Source: Candidatus Sungiibacteriota bacterium
Lineage (GTDB): Bacteria; Patescibacteriota; Minisyncoccia; Sungbacterales; HO2-52-23
Reading direction: 5' to 3'
Assembly (NCBI GenBank): GCA_016180435.1
Contig: JACPBG010000004.1
Span: 134,151-198,150 of the forward strand
DNA: 64,000 nt
A model generated the notes under the pieces. It saw only the letters and a program-made list of their open reading frames with translations, did no database searches and was not told where the DNA came from. A program made the translations under genes and the position numbers. Positions 9,754 through 19,235 of this stretch are shown here, piece by piece (position 1 is the stretch's first letter; each line of letters begins with the position of its first letter).

Positions 9754-11163
9754 TTATTTTTTTGCTCCAGTATAAATTTCTTTAAATAGAGGGGGTAGTT
9801 TATTCAAATCCAAAATTTTCTCATAATTCAATTTTTTAAGCAGATCCGAATAAGTAATATAGCCAGATTTAGTGTCAAAAGTCTGTCTAAGAAGAAATTG
9901 CGGCGTTTCGGAAACGCGCCATATGGCTGGTGAAAATGTTCCAAAATAGAGCGAATAGGAGCTGCGAGCGGTTAGAAGGTAGAATGGTGACTGCGTATTT
10001 TTAATAGCGGTGGGGTAATAGATTGTAAACCAGCCGAATGCGAGAGTATTTTGGATAAGATATGGCAGTGTGGCTAATTTTTCGTTTTTTACCACCCCAT
10101 TTTTTATCAAAAATTGATTATAAAGATCGGTTAAATAGCGCAGATCGGTACAAAGATAATCATTCGTTTCAAAATGTGGCCAAACTTTGATTCCATGTTG
10201 AAGCCCGAATTTTGCTTCGAGTTGATCAGGCATGACAGAGTAGTCGCGATAGTATTTTTGATTTGTTAGCTTGGCCTTAAGCCAGAAATTTTTATATGTA
10301 AATGGCATTTTTTTAATATAGAAAGGATGTTTTATCGGTAAATTATTTTCCCGGCCAAAACATGGGGTTTCGGCCCAATACGGGCCGAATACTTTATCCT
10401 CGGGTTTAATTCCTAAAATTTCATTGGGGAGTGGTTCAAAAGGTATGTGTTCAGACAGGGATCCGATCCCTGTATTTACAGGGATCGGATCCCTGTTTTC
10501 TGTCAGACACCGGCCATAATATAAACATTGTTTGCGTTGCGCAATTTCTTCCGCTAATTTCAGGGCATTTTTTTGAATTAGCCGGAAATCATTATATACG
10601 ATTTCCGGGGTGGTGCCGGAGCCCAGAAATATGATTTTGGTTTTTGGTACTTTGGGATTTGCCCGGAAGATATTTTCCATGGCCTGAATATGCAGATCAA
10701 TCGCTTTTTTGTATGATGCGGCGGATTTTTCATGCCAATCCAGCAAAATTAAAGCACCTTCGCGCGACGGAGCATCAAGAAATTTCTTGGTAGCCACGTG
10801 AATATAAGGGAGGGTTGCCAAAAATTCATCCGGCCACAGCCGCCATTCTTCGGGAAATACATCGCGGTATTTCGGGTCTCCGTTGGGGCGAAACATACGA
10901 TCCACATAGAGAATCAAATCGTCTTGGTGTTTCATCTCGGCCACGGATTCCTGCAGGAATCCGGCATCCATAGCCGGATCGTAAAAAAGCGGATCGGACG
11001 CGGTAAGTTCGCGGAATTTTTCAAGATTTTCGTCCATGATTATAGCTGGTTTTGGATAAACCAAAGTTATCGCAACCAGCGCCCCGGCCCATATAACAAA
11101 AATCCCCGCAGTCAATTGGAGCGGCGTGGACAATATTTTTTTATGCCAGTGAAATTTTAACAT
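9754..11163 (-). CDS. Membrane-anchored hypothetical protein, paralog A of a pair (possibly glycosyltransferase-like; family unassigned)
   Basis: N-terminal TM (LTAGIFVIWAGALVAITLV); C-terminal block SLYFGTFSPAIWRVSETPQFL paralogous to SLYFLPFNRSVWRLPQSPNFL in the adjacent gene; contains an in-frame 40-bp perfect hairpin. Confidence 0.4.
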   Translation of the reverse strand: MLKFHWHKKILSTPLQLTAGIFVIWAGALVAITLVYPKPAIIMDENLEKFRELTASDPLFYDPAMDAGFLQESVAEMKHQDDLILYVDRMFRPNGDPKYRDVFPEEWRLWPDEFLATLPYIHVATKKFLDAPSREGALILLDWHEKSAASYKKAIDLHIQAMENIFRANPKVPKTKIIFLGSGTTPEIVYNDFRLIQKNALKLAEEIAQRKQCLYYGRCLTENRDPIPVNTGIGSLSEHIPFEPLPNEILGIKPEDKVFGPYWAETPCFGRENNLPIKHPFYIKKMPFTYKNFWLKAKLTNQKYYRDYSVMPDQLEAKFGLQHGIKVWPHFETNDYLCTDLRYLTDLYNQFLIKNGVVKNEKLATLPYLIQNTLAFGWFTIYYPTAIKNTQSPFYLLTARSSYSLYFGTFSPAIWRVSETPQFLLRQTFDTKSGYITYSDLLKKLNYEKILDLNKLPPLFKEIYTGAKK

Positions 11164-11171
11164 GTGTTCTG

Positions 11172-12476
11172 TCAGCGGGTTGTAATGTAATCTTTGTGGC
11201 GGAATTCTGCGCCGCGCGCTATTTCTGCAATTTCGCCTCCCGAAAGATTGTCGGCGATTTCAGCAAAATTTTTAAAATGTGAAATCGTATTAATCTTTGT
11301 GCCTAAAAAATTTGGGCTCTGCGGCAATCTCCACACACTGCGGTTGAACGGCAAAAAATATAGAGAGGGGCACCCCCGGGTGATGTAAAGATATGATAAA
11401 GGAGGAAGTTTGCTCTCCTGCGCCATATAGCGCGACATGGTTGTATATTGCCGGATTCCATCCGCGCCTGTTTCAAGAATTAAGTCCAGCATGCTGGATT
11501 TTTGATTCATCACCGAATTTTTAGGTAGGTGCGGCCTTCTCCATGTCAGATCGCATATTGTGGCCAGGTCAGCATAATAGCTAAGATCAAATGACGCGTA
11601 CCAGGCTGTGGGGGGTTGCAGCCAATAATGAATATTTCTGCGCTGAAGCGGTTGGTATGGAGTTTTATCGTAAGATGATGTTTTTTTATTCTCATCAATA
11701 TCAAGGTAATAATATTGGTCTGTTATTTTAAGGTCAAATTTTCCCGTTCTTTCGGAGTTAAGTATATAGGCGAAAAATTGATGAGTTTTGGGAGACACAT
11801 CAAAATTCGGAAGGGTATAAAAAATAGGGCCATATCGTTCTTTGATTGACCTATTTTTTTCCAGTATTTCAAGTATTTTTTTATTTCTTGCGGATGGTTC
11901 CGGGCCCGAAACTATTTGTGGAATAAAATCTTGTGCGGTCTGTAGTGAATCCGATAAATTAAAATTTCCTGCAAGGATATCGTGGCGCCTATCTATATCT
12001 TTTAACAATTCTTTTGAATTTTCTTTGAATTTGTCAAAAATATCCAATATCTCCTGAAAAGTAATGACTCGATGGAAAAATTGAAAGGAAGCGTGTGAGG
12101 AGAGTTTTTCGGCCTTTTGCGCGGTCCGCAGGGCTTCGCCACATCCTTCTAAACCGTTTATATATGCTTTTAGGGTTTTTCCATGTTGGGTTAAAAGTTT
12201 TTGGGCGTTTTCTCTCGTAGAATTTGAGGAAAATTCTTGGCGTATTTGTTCCGCCGCCACGAATTCTTTAAGAAATATAAGCGGATGGAGCGTTTGGTGA
12301 AAGGGATACCAAAATGAAAACCAGCGATAGGATGGCCGCCATACGTCTTCAAGTTTTTTTAACTCTTGTTCAAGTTCGTCAACCGCCCATCTGGCGTTAT
12401 TTACATCCATTCCCTCGGCGGCAAAAAGAGGGTCGTTTAAGGTTATTTCCAAGAATTTTTTGAGGTTATCAGGCAT
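11172..12476 (-). CDS. Hypothetical protein, paralog B of the pair (GT-like?)
   Basis: Shares DPLF N-terminal motif and the conserved C-terminal block with 9754-11163; same strand and operon. Confidence 0.4.
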   Translation of the reverse strand: MPDNLKKFLEITLNDPLFAAEGMDVNNARWAVDELEQELKKLEDVWRPSYRWFSFWYPFHQTLHPLIFLKEFVAAEQIRQEFSSNSTRENAQKLLTQHGKTLKAYINGLEGCGEALRTAQKAEKLSSHASFQFFHRVITFQEILDIFDKFKENSKELLKDIDRRHDILAGNFNLSDSLQTAQDFIPQIVSGPEPSARNKKILEILEKNRSIKERYGPIFYTLPNFDVSPKTHQFFAYILNSERTGKFDLKITDQYYYLDIDENKKTSSYDKTPYQPLQRRNIHYWLQPPTAWYASFDLSYYADLATICDLTWRRPHLPKNSVMNQKSSMLDLILETGADGIRQYTTMSRYMAQESKLPPLSYLYITRGCPSLYFLPFNRSVWRLPQSPNFLGTKINTISHFKNFAEIADNLSGGEIAEIARGAEFRHKDYITTR

Positions 12477-13311
12477 TGGTTTTTTTGATTACCCATGCTT
12501 TCCGCGCCAAAATAATTAAACGGCGGGAATCAAAGCGATACGGCGATCCGTCATAATATCCCCACACCCTTTTGATTTTTAATCCGCTTTCTTCCAGCAT
12601 ACGGCGAAATTCGGGAAGGGAAAATAATCTTATGCGCAATTGAAGATTTTTTTGTTTTCTCCGTTCTTTCCATGAATATGTGATCGTCCAATGCATGGTC
12701 AGCGGGTCTATTTCTTTTTTTATGACAAGCCGCTTTCCGTTTTTGAGCGTTTCGTTTTGAAACATTGAAACGATGTTGTTTTTTCCTGTGGAAGCGCCAT
12801 TTTGGTAAAATTGAAAAAATACTTGTGAAAGATTATTGAGATCAATTAGTAAAAATCCTTTGGGTTTCAGGGCGCGTGAAATCTTCCGAAGCACTAGGAG
12901 ATTATCGCTTTCTTCCGCGAAATATCCGAAAGAAGTATACATATTGATAATAAGATTAAAGCGCTTTTTGAATGATAGGGTGCGCATGTCTTTTTTGCTG
13001 AATTGCACTTTTTGTTTTTGTTTTTTAGACGTTTCGCGCGCAATTTTCAAAAAATATTCGGAAGTGTCAATTCCGGTTACGTTAAATTCGTGTTTGGCAA
13101 GAGCGATGGCGTGCGTGCCGTATCCGCATGCCAAATCCAAAATCTCCGCACTTTTCGTAAGGCCTATTTTTCCCGTCAGTTTAAGTAAAAAAGAAATTTC
13201 GCGTTTTGTTCGCGCCTTACTTACAAAATATGAATCGGCAGTCAGGTAATCCTTATTGAAGGCGGTTTTCCACCATTCTTTTTTCTGTTTTACCCCATTA
13301 GAGAGAAACAT
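12469..13311 (-). CDS. Class I SAM-dependent methyltransferase
   Basis: Motif I ILDLACGYGTHAIALA followed by acidic loop NVTGIDTSE. Confidence 0.7.
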   Translation of the reverse strand: MFLSNGVKQKKEWWKTAFNKDYLTADSYFVSKARTKREISFLLKLTGKIGLTKSAEILDLACGYGTHAIALAKHEFNVTGIDTSEYFLKIARETSKKQKQKVQFSKKDMRTLSFKKRFNLIINMYTSFGYFAEESDNLLVLRKISRALKPKGFLLIDLNNLSQVFFQFYQNGASTGKNNIVSMFQNETLKNGKRLVIKKEIDPLTMHWTITYSWKERRKQKNLQLRIRLFSLPEFRRMLEESGLKIKRVWGYYDGSPYRFDSRRLIILARKAWVIKKTNA

Positions 13312-13548
13312 AAGACCTTTTGCACAATAAGCTTTCGTGACGAAATTTTAGAATTTTAGGCGAAAATCGTGAAGGACGAGGAGGCCTATATGGCATATAT
13401 AAGTCGACGAGTCCTGAACGATTTGCAGCCAAAATTATGAAATTGCAGTAGAAATGTTATTGTGCAAGAGGTCTATAGATTGTTTTTGCCGTATAAGAAT
13501 ACTTGTGATATCGGCCATGGGCAATTCGATGTGTATAAATTAAGCGGA

Positions 13549-14388
13549 TTAAATTTTAAGCGACGCCTTTGGGCATAAACAGCGCGGAGAAATTTTTTCA
13601 AAATAAATATGGCTGCGGTAGCGGAGCATGGGGCAGGCCTTAAGGCGGGTGGTGGTAATTATTGAAAGCGCCGATGGCTCAATATACACATCATCCGCCG
13701 GATGGAAGATAAGATCCTTTTGGACGATTGATTCCGGGCAGGCATGCGCAATGCTTCCGATCTCCGGAATGCTCAACGTAAAATTAAGTTTTATTTTCTC
13801 CGGCCACTCCAAGTCCTCTTGGGAAAACGTATCATCAATCACGGTAACGCTTTTTAACGCAGGCAGGATTTCCAACAGTTTTTCACGAAAGGCGCGGATC
13901 GCGGCGCGGTCCATGAAAATCGTGTCAACCTCGTATTGGCGGGCCGTGGCGTAAATCACCGCCGGGTTGTGAAATTCGCCGATCAAAGGCAGGACATTTT
14001 GCTCGTAGAAATAAAGACAGCGTTCAATTGCCTCATAAACATTTTCAAAAATTACCATGGGGCGCGTCCCGTCATACGGTAGTTGTTCTTGCCGGATTTC
14101 CTCCAAGGTCCGGTGGATTAAAAAGTATTGGTCCGCTTCGTTGGAAAAGATTAGTTTATTTAAGCCCGGTTTCTCGCCGTAGCATCTTGAGTCGTACGGA
14201 GCATATGCAAGTTCTTGTTTGGTAAGTATGGGGAAGGAGTTCCAATTGGATTCGTTTAAAGTATCAAGCCGTGTTACGTCAATTCCGGCAGACGCGTATT
14301 TTTTACGGTAAAAATCCGGTTTCGCGGCCAAAACCAACCCGATAAGTTCTTTGATTTTTTGTAAAAATTCCGCGTCCATTGCCGCCAT
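13549..14388 (-). CDS. PaaK/CapK-like N-terminal domain protein lacking the P-loop (third paralog, possibly non-catalytic)
   Basis: PDFYRKKYASAGIDVTRLDTLNESNWNSFPILTKQELAY matches the PaaK N-terminal signature; no SSGTTG loop; 279 aa. Confidence 0.4.
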   Translation of the reverse strand: MAAMDAEFLQKIKELIGLVLAAKPDFYRKKYASAGIDVTRLDTLNESNWNSFPILTKQELAYAPYDSRCYGEKPGLNKLIFSNEADQYFLIHRTLEEIRQEQLPYDGTRPMVIFENVYEAIERCLYFYEQNVLPLIGEFHNPAVIYATARQYEVDTIFMDRAAIRAFREKLLEILPALKSVTVIDDTFSQEDLEWPEKIKLNFTLSIPEIGSIAHACPESIVQKDLIFHPADDVYIEPSALSIITTTRLKACPMLRYRSHIYFEKISPRCLCPKASLKI

Positions 14389-14466
14389 GATAACTTAAAT
14401 TTAGTTTTCGTTCTACACTTGATTTTTTTTAGAAAGTATGTATAATATTATATACAGTGAAGTTGC

Positions 14467-15468
14467 TTGAAATCTAAAAATTCGGGGGTGTTTATGGGTC
14501 TGGACGAACAGGATAATCAGAAGCCCGGGGTTGCGATTCTGTTGGATGTGGAAAATCTGCTGTTTACGGCCTTAAAGCGGGATGAAGCGGCACAAAAAAT
14601 GCCGATTCGGGATATACTGCAGGCCATGACCTGGATTTTGGAGGGTCGAGCGCGTAGACACGGATGGGTTGAGGATCGGATTGCCGCGATTTCTCTTCTA
14701 CCCCGGACAAGAATGAAAGAGTCGTTAAAATACCGGCTTCAAAAAAGAAAAGAGACGATGCTCATGGCTGAACTTTTGGTTGACCTTAGTTATCGGGTTG
14801 TATTGGTTTCTCACGGTAAAGATGCCGCGGATGACGGATTATTGCTTTTGGCGCGAGGAGTTAGGAATTTCAAAAACATTCGCACTCTGGTGCTTGCCAC
14901 CGGGGATGCAGGTCCTGCGTTTGCCAAGATTATAGACATGTTTGTTTCCGGACAACCCAAACGTGTCGAGGTGGTTGCATACGATTGCGCCTCGAAATTT
15001 AAGTCCTGGCGCGGAGTTTCTTTTTCGCGCATTGACCAAGGCATTCTCATGGCGGAAGATGCCAGGCAAAACGGAAAGATTCTGGGCCGGGTTAATATTC
15101 CTCCGCCTTCACCCACCGACCTTATCCGGCAAAGCGTCAGTAAATTCGCCAAAAATCCTCAAGATGGAAGCATTGATCCGCGCCATAATTCCTGGATACG
15201 CGATACTATTGCGATTTGGCGCAAGACATTCGGAGCAAATGGCATACATCCGATTAACTTTGTGAAAATCCGCGAAGCGGTTGAGGATAAATTCTCCTTC
15301 GCGTGTTCCGGTAATGGCAATGCGGATGAGTCAGTCCCAGATAATCTGATTCCGACCGGCGAGGAGATTGACGCGCTCGCCAAATACCTTTCCGACTTTA
15401 CTGATATTTTCGAGCGCCGGCCCATGCTCTTTTTCAACCCGCAAAGCCAATATAATTCAATCACATAA
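14467..15468 (+). CDS. Hypothetical protein, possible NYN/LabA-like domain; probable start at Met ~14494
   Basis: VAILLDVENLLF ... VVLVSHGKDAADD ... LVLATGDAGPAF resemble the acidic-residue strands of NYN/LabA nucleases; weak. Confidence 0.3.
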   Translation: MKSKNSGVFMGLDEQDNQKPGVAILLDVENLLFTALKRDEAAQKMPIRDILQAMTWILEGRARRHGWVEDRIAAISLLPRTRMKESLKYRLQKRKETMLMAELLVDLSYRVVLVSHGKDAADDGLLLLARGVRNFKNIRTLVLATGDAGPAFAKIIDMFVSGQPKRVEVVAYDCASKFKSWRGVSFSRIDQGILMAEDARQNGKILGRVNIPPPSPTDLIRQSVSKFAKNPQDGSIDPRHNSWIRDTIAIWRKTFGANGIHPINFVKIREAVEDKFSFACSGNGNADESVPDNLIPTGEEIDALAKYLSDFTDIFERRPMLFFNPQSQYNSIT

Positions 15469-15587
15469 GGCCCTTTTCACAGGGCTTGATTTTTTATTGG
15501 GAATGGTGTATAATTAGTATATTGTTCCCGAAAAACTGAATAAATAAACCAATAACCCAATAACCCAAAAATCCAGAAGGAGGATTT

Positions 15588-16319
15588 ATGAATATTGCGT
15601 GCATAGCGCGGGATGAAAGCGGTGGCCGGTGCCGCGACGATAAAGTGAAAAATCGTCGTTGTGCTCGGCATGAGGGCGTTGACGAGGCACCCAAGCCGAA
15701 CGATGTGCTGATTAAGTTTCAGTTGAACACGGCGCTTTTTCAAAAGGCCGGGCGGCTGGGGATTCGGATGGTTGATCGGACGGATCGCCGGCAAGCGGAG
15801 ATTGACGAATCACATCGTGCGGAGTCCGATTCTCTGGGTCGTGATCACTTTGTGTATCGCGACCGCCGCGGCGATTCCGGCACCTCGGTTTTTAACGGCA
15901 AGAAAGGCCTTGAGCGCGTAACCAGCGCCGGGCTCTTCAAAGAGCTGGAGACAGCTGGATTCCTTTTACAGGACATCCATTGTTTCCAGCGTCCCTGGGA
16001 AGATAAACCTCGAGGAACAGGATTCCTGGTAGTGGGCTTCAAGAAGAGCAAGGAGGAGATCCTTGCGCTTCCGCCAGAGAAAGAGGCGGAGATCGTGTCA
16101 TTTGTCGCCGAATGTCTCTCAAAGACATGGCGGCGTCTCACGGTTTTTGAAAACCCGGCCAAGCCCGACGGCCTGGTGCGGCATACTGTTAACCACCTGG
16201 ACATGCCGTTACCGGAGCATGTTCATCCCGATTACCGTCTCGCACTGGGAGACGGCCATTGGGAGGCCAGGGATATAGGGACTGCCGTAAGGTCGTCGCG
16301 GGTGATCATAGTCCCATGA
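15588..16319 (+). CDS. Hypothetical protein (GC-rich, Arg/Asp-rich)
   Basis: Good RBS aaggagg before ATG and a -10 tataat upstream; followed by hairpin ccgaggccggaatttattccggtctcg; no known motifs. Confidence 0.4.
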   Translation: MNIACIARDESGGRCRDDKVKNRRCARHEGVDEAPKPNDVLIKFQLNTALFQKAGRLGIRMVDRTDRRQAEIDESHRAESDSLGRDHFVYRDRRGDSGTSVFNGKKGLERVTSAGLFKELETAGFLLQDIHCFQRPWEDKPRGTGFLVVGFKKSKEEILALPPEKEAEIVSFVAECLSKTWRRLTVFENPAKPDGLVRHTVNHLDMPLPEHVHPDYRLALGDGHWEARDIGTAVRSSRVIIVP

Positions 16320-16404
16320 TCTTCCCGCAAAAACAGTCCGAGGCCGGAATTTATTCCGGTCTCGAACCATATATAAGCCATTTTTTACTATAGAGGCTAA
16401 GCCT

Positions 16405-17856
16405 CTATAGTGAATTTTGTTCTTTTCTCATTTCAAATAATTCCCTGAATCGCCCCTCTTTGAGGGGTTTTATAGTGCCGGTGCCAAGTATTTCTTTGGC
16501 GTCAATTTCATCCAAATTTATGCCTTCGGGTATGGGCTGGCCGGAGGACAGCATAAAAAGATGGGAAAGGAAAGTGGTAGCATAAGACGCTTTTTCCAGA
16601 AAAAAATCAATAAGAAATCCGCCCGGAACGATGCGCACGCCGTATAATTTGAATTTTTTCAGAACCTCTATATTTTTTTCCGGACGCTGAATATAAGGAA
16701 AATTTTTAAGCGCCTGAAAAGGCGGCGAAATTCCGTGATTTTTAAAATATGCGCCGTATATCTCTTCGGCCCAGGCCTTTTTACCCAAAGCCACCGGAAG
16801 TTCAAACGCTACGTCTTCCCCGGATTGTATAAGGCCGGACAATTTTTTATTAAAAAGATAGCTCCCATAGGCATACACCCAAAGTCGAATTTGTTCCGGA
16901 ATCTGGTTAAGAGCTCCAATGAAGTCCTTAGGATGATTTTCCAAAAAATACAGCATTTTGCGCTCGCTGCGCAAGGCGTAGGCAAGCGGCTCGGTTTTTT
17001 TAAGCAGCGCGCCCCAATCCCCCCAAAAAGGCGCGAGGGATTTACGAAATTCCTGGAAATATTTGATTTCGCGGCCCCCGGCATAAAGCAGGGAAGATTT
17101 TACCGTATCTTCAAATCGGCCCTGCAAAAGCAAAAGGCCTAATTTGTGCGAAATCAGGCGCGGTACGCCAAAGCGCTGAATATAGAAAAAATTCCAGAAG
17201 CCGTTTTCTTCAAGTTCGGCTAATTTGGTTAAAAGTTCTTGTTCGGAAATTGGCTCGCGGGTGCGGATGAATATGGTGAAGCGATTGCCCGCTAAGTCCC
17301 CAATTTGCAGAGCGCCTTTGCCGGTATAAATATTTTTTAGGAAAAAGTTGGATGCCGAGATATCGCGAAGTTTTTCCGGCTGAATTCCGCGAAAACTTAA
17401 AAGTTGGGCGGTTAGGGCGTGTTTGTCTTTGATCCCGGCAAACCCTATAAATTTTTTATCCAAAGATAACTTTTGGGAAATTTCGTTAACAATCTCAATG
17501 GTGTCCAATCCCATTTTTACCGCCTCGGCCCAGGTCGTGCGGATGTTTTCATTTAGTTCAGGTATTTTTTCGTTTTCCAGAAGCGGCGCATCTTCAACCG
17601 TGTGCAAAGTGCCGTCAGACGCTATTTCCTCTACGATAAAATCATCCGGATTTAATTTAATGTATCCCAGAGGCCGTGTTCCGAAAATATCCGGGGCAAT
17701 GCCGATTTGCTCAAGCAAGGAATCATCATCAATAAGCGGCGTGCGTAAAAAAAGTTCGGGATGTTTTTCTTTTTCCCGGGCTAAAAATTCCTGCTCCTTC
17801 TGCCATTCGCCGAAGGAAGATTTTTCGTTTTCCGGCATTTTTAAATTATACCACAA
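16405..17856 (-). CDS. truD: tRNA pseudouridine synthase TruD/Pus7 family
   Basis: N-terminal LNPDDFIVEEI (TruD PEDF-V-E motif) and catalytic-Asp motif FAGIKDKHALTAQ (GxKDxxA). Confidence 0.7.
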   Translation of the reverse strand: MWYNLKMPENEKSSFGEWQKEQEFLAREKEKHPELFLRTPLIDDDSLLEQIGIAPDIFGTRPLGYIKLNPDDFIVEEIASDGTLHTVEDAPLLENEKIPELNENIRTTWAEAVKMGLDTIEIVNEISQKLSLDKKFIGFAGIKDKHALTAQLLSFRGIQPEKLRDISASNFFLKNIYTGKGALQIGDLAGNRFTIFIRTREPISEQELLTKLAELEENGFWNFFYIQRFGVPRLISHKLGLLLLQGRFEDTVKSSLLYAGGREIKYFQEFRKSLAPFWGDWGALLKKTEPLAYALRSERKMLYFLENHPKDFIGALNQIPEQIRLWVYAYGSYLFNKKLSGLIQSGEDVAFELPVALGKKAWAEEIYGAYFKNHGISPPFQALKNFPYIQRPEKNIEVLKKFKLYGVRIVPGGFLIDFFLEKASYATTFLSHLFMLSSGQPIPEGINLDEIDAKEILGTGTIKPLKEGRFRELFEMRKEQNSL

Positions 17857-17866
17857 AATTTAAGTA

Positions 17867-17895
17867 TTGACAAGTCAACCTGATTTTGCTACAAT
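17867..17895 (+). promoter_or_regulatory. Sigma70-type promoter (-35 ttgaca, 17-bp spacer, -10 tacaat) for the Nudix gene
   Basis: ttgaca at 17867-72 and tacaat at 17890-95; RBS aaggag precedes ATG 17918. Confidence 0.5.
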
Positions 17896-17917
17896 GTCGG
17901 CAAAGGAGATCCTTAAA

Positions 17918-19120
17918 ATGGCTAAAGTACGAGTTGCCAAGAATTCCTGCGGTTCCATCATTCTTAGATTGACGCGCGGAGAAGAAAGCATGGCGCTGGT
18001 TTTCAATACCTTTAATGTTGAGTTTATGTATGTGCCGGTTAGCCAATTGCACCGCGCTGAATACAAAGACCGGGTTATTGAGATTATCGGGGACCAAGCC
18101 ATAGTTTCTTTTGATCAGAGAACGGCCCTCGGTATGCCGTTTGGCAAGCATGAGGATATAGACGGTGATCCGGAAAATCCCGGCACCTGGGCTGATACCG
18201 CGAAACGCGAAACCAAGGAAGAAACCGGCTCACCCATTGAAGATCGGATCTATCCAGACATATTTTATAAAGAACGTCCGAACCAATGGAGTGAGTATTT
18301 CACGGTTGCGTTTCTGGCTAATGGCGTGGGATTTCATTACCAAAAAGACAAAATTTGCGATCCTTTTATCCAGAAAGATTTATCCAAGTTTTATCGGCTG
18401 GATCAACTTCCGATTGGCGAACGGGTTTACGAAAAAAAAGAGGGATGGAAAAAAGACGAAGATGCGGATCGGAAAACCGGCCGAGAAAAACATCGGAGCG
18501 TTATCCGGGATGTGGGAACATATTACGCACATATCCGGCGTCTTTTCGCAATTCTTCTTCAGCTTCGCCAGCCGATCTTGACCGAGCTCGGAAGGCCGGA
18601 TTGCGAGAATGCGGATGATCTGGTTCAGATGGTTTTACGCCGGATTCACTATCGCAATCTTTTTTCGCAACGGATGATAAGAATGTTGATCAGTTTTAAC
18701 CGCCTGGATATTCTTGCTTCCCGCTTGCAAAATGACCAAGGCGGCATCAAGAGTCCGGATGTTGCCCGCCGCATTGTTGAAAATTTTGTATTATATGGAG
18801 AGGGCGATGTTCTGGAAAACTCCTTATTTGCCGTACGTTCTCGTTTGCGGGAAAATGCCTTAGGAGACAGGGCATTCTCCTGGATGGATTTTCAAAAAGG
18901 CGGAGAGCTTGTGCGCGGAAATTTTGATCAGTTTGTCGAGTCCCGCAAATTACGCAAGGAAAAAAAATATTTGCGGGTGGCGGATGAGAAAGCAGAGATG
19001 GATTATCCGGAGGAAACATTGTCTCCGGCTCCGGAGTCAGGTGAGTATGTTGAGGAGGATAACCGGCCGGACGACGAGAAGCTTTGGTTGCGCGCAACGC
19101 AAAACGTCGCCAAACTTTAG
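17918..19120 (+). CDS. Nudix hydrolase domain protein with long C-terminal extension
   Basis: Nudix box GKHEDIDGDPENPGTWADTAKRETKEETG (G-x5-E-x7-REUXEEXGU); start chosen at ATG with RBS downstream of the promoter; the ORF-track start at 17867 overlaps the promoter. Confidence 0.6.
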   Translation: MAKVRVAKNSCGSIILRLTRGEESMALVFNTFNVEFMYVPVSQLHRAEYKDRVIEIIGDQAIVSFDQRTALGMPFGKHEDIDGDPENPGTWADTAKRETKEETGSPIEDRIYPDIFYKERPNQWSEYFTVAFLANGVGFHYQKDKICDPFIQKDLSKFYRLDQLPIGERVYEKKEGWKKDEDADRKTGREKHRSVIRDVGTYYAHIRRLFAILLQLRQPILTELGRPDCENADDLVQMVLRRIHYRNLFSQRMIRMLISFNRLDILASRLQNDQGGIKSPDVARRIVENFVLYGEGDVLENSLFAVRSRLRENALGDRAFSWMDFQKGGELVRGNFDQFVESRKLRKEKKYLRVADEKAEMDYPEETLSPAPESGEYVEEDNRPDDEKLWLRATQNVAKL

Positions 19121-19138
19121 ATCAAAGTAATTTTAAAA

Positions 19139-19176
19139 GGGTGAAACCACCAACGGTGGAATCACCCTTTTTTTAT
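19139..19176 (+). terminator. Rho-independent terminator
   Basis: gggtgaaaccaccaacggtggaatcaccc hairpin followed by tttttttatttt. Confidence 0.6.
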
Positions 19177-19235
19177 TTTACTATTTCTGTAGGAAACCGA
19201 GTTTCTTATCGTTGGAAACTCGGTTTCTCCTGCAG

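Noticed and set aside
14811-15265. Several 76-113-aa ORFs on both strands inside the 14467-15468 gene
   Set aside because: Alternative-frame and antisense ORFs permitted by high GC. No independent support.
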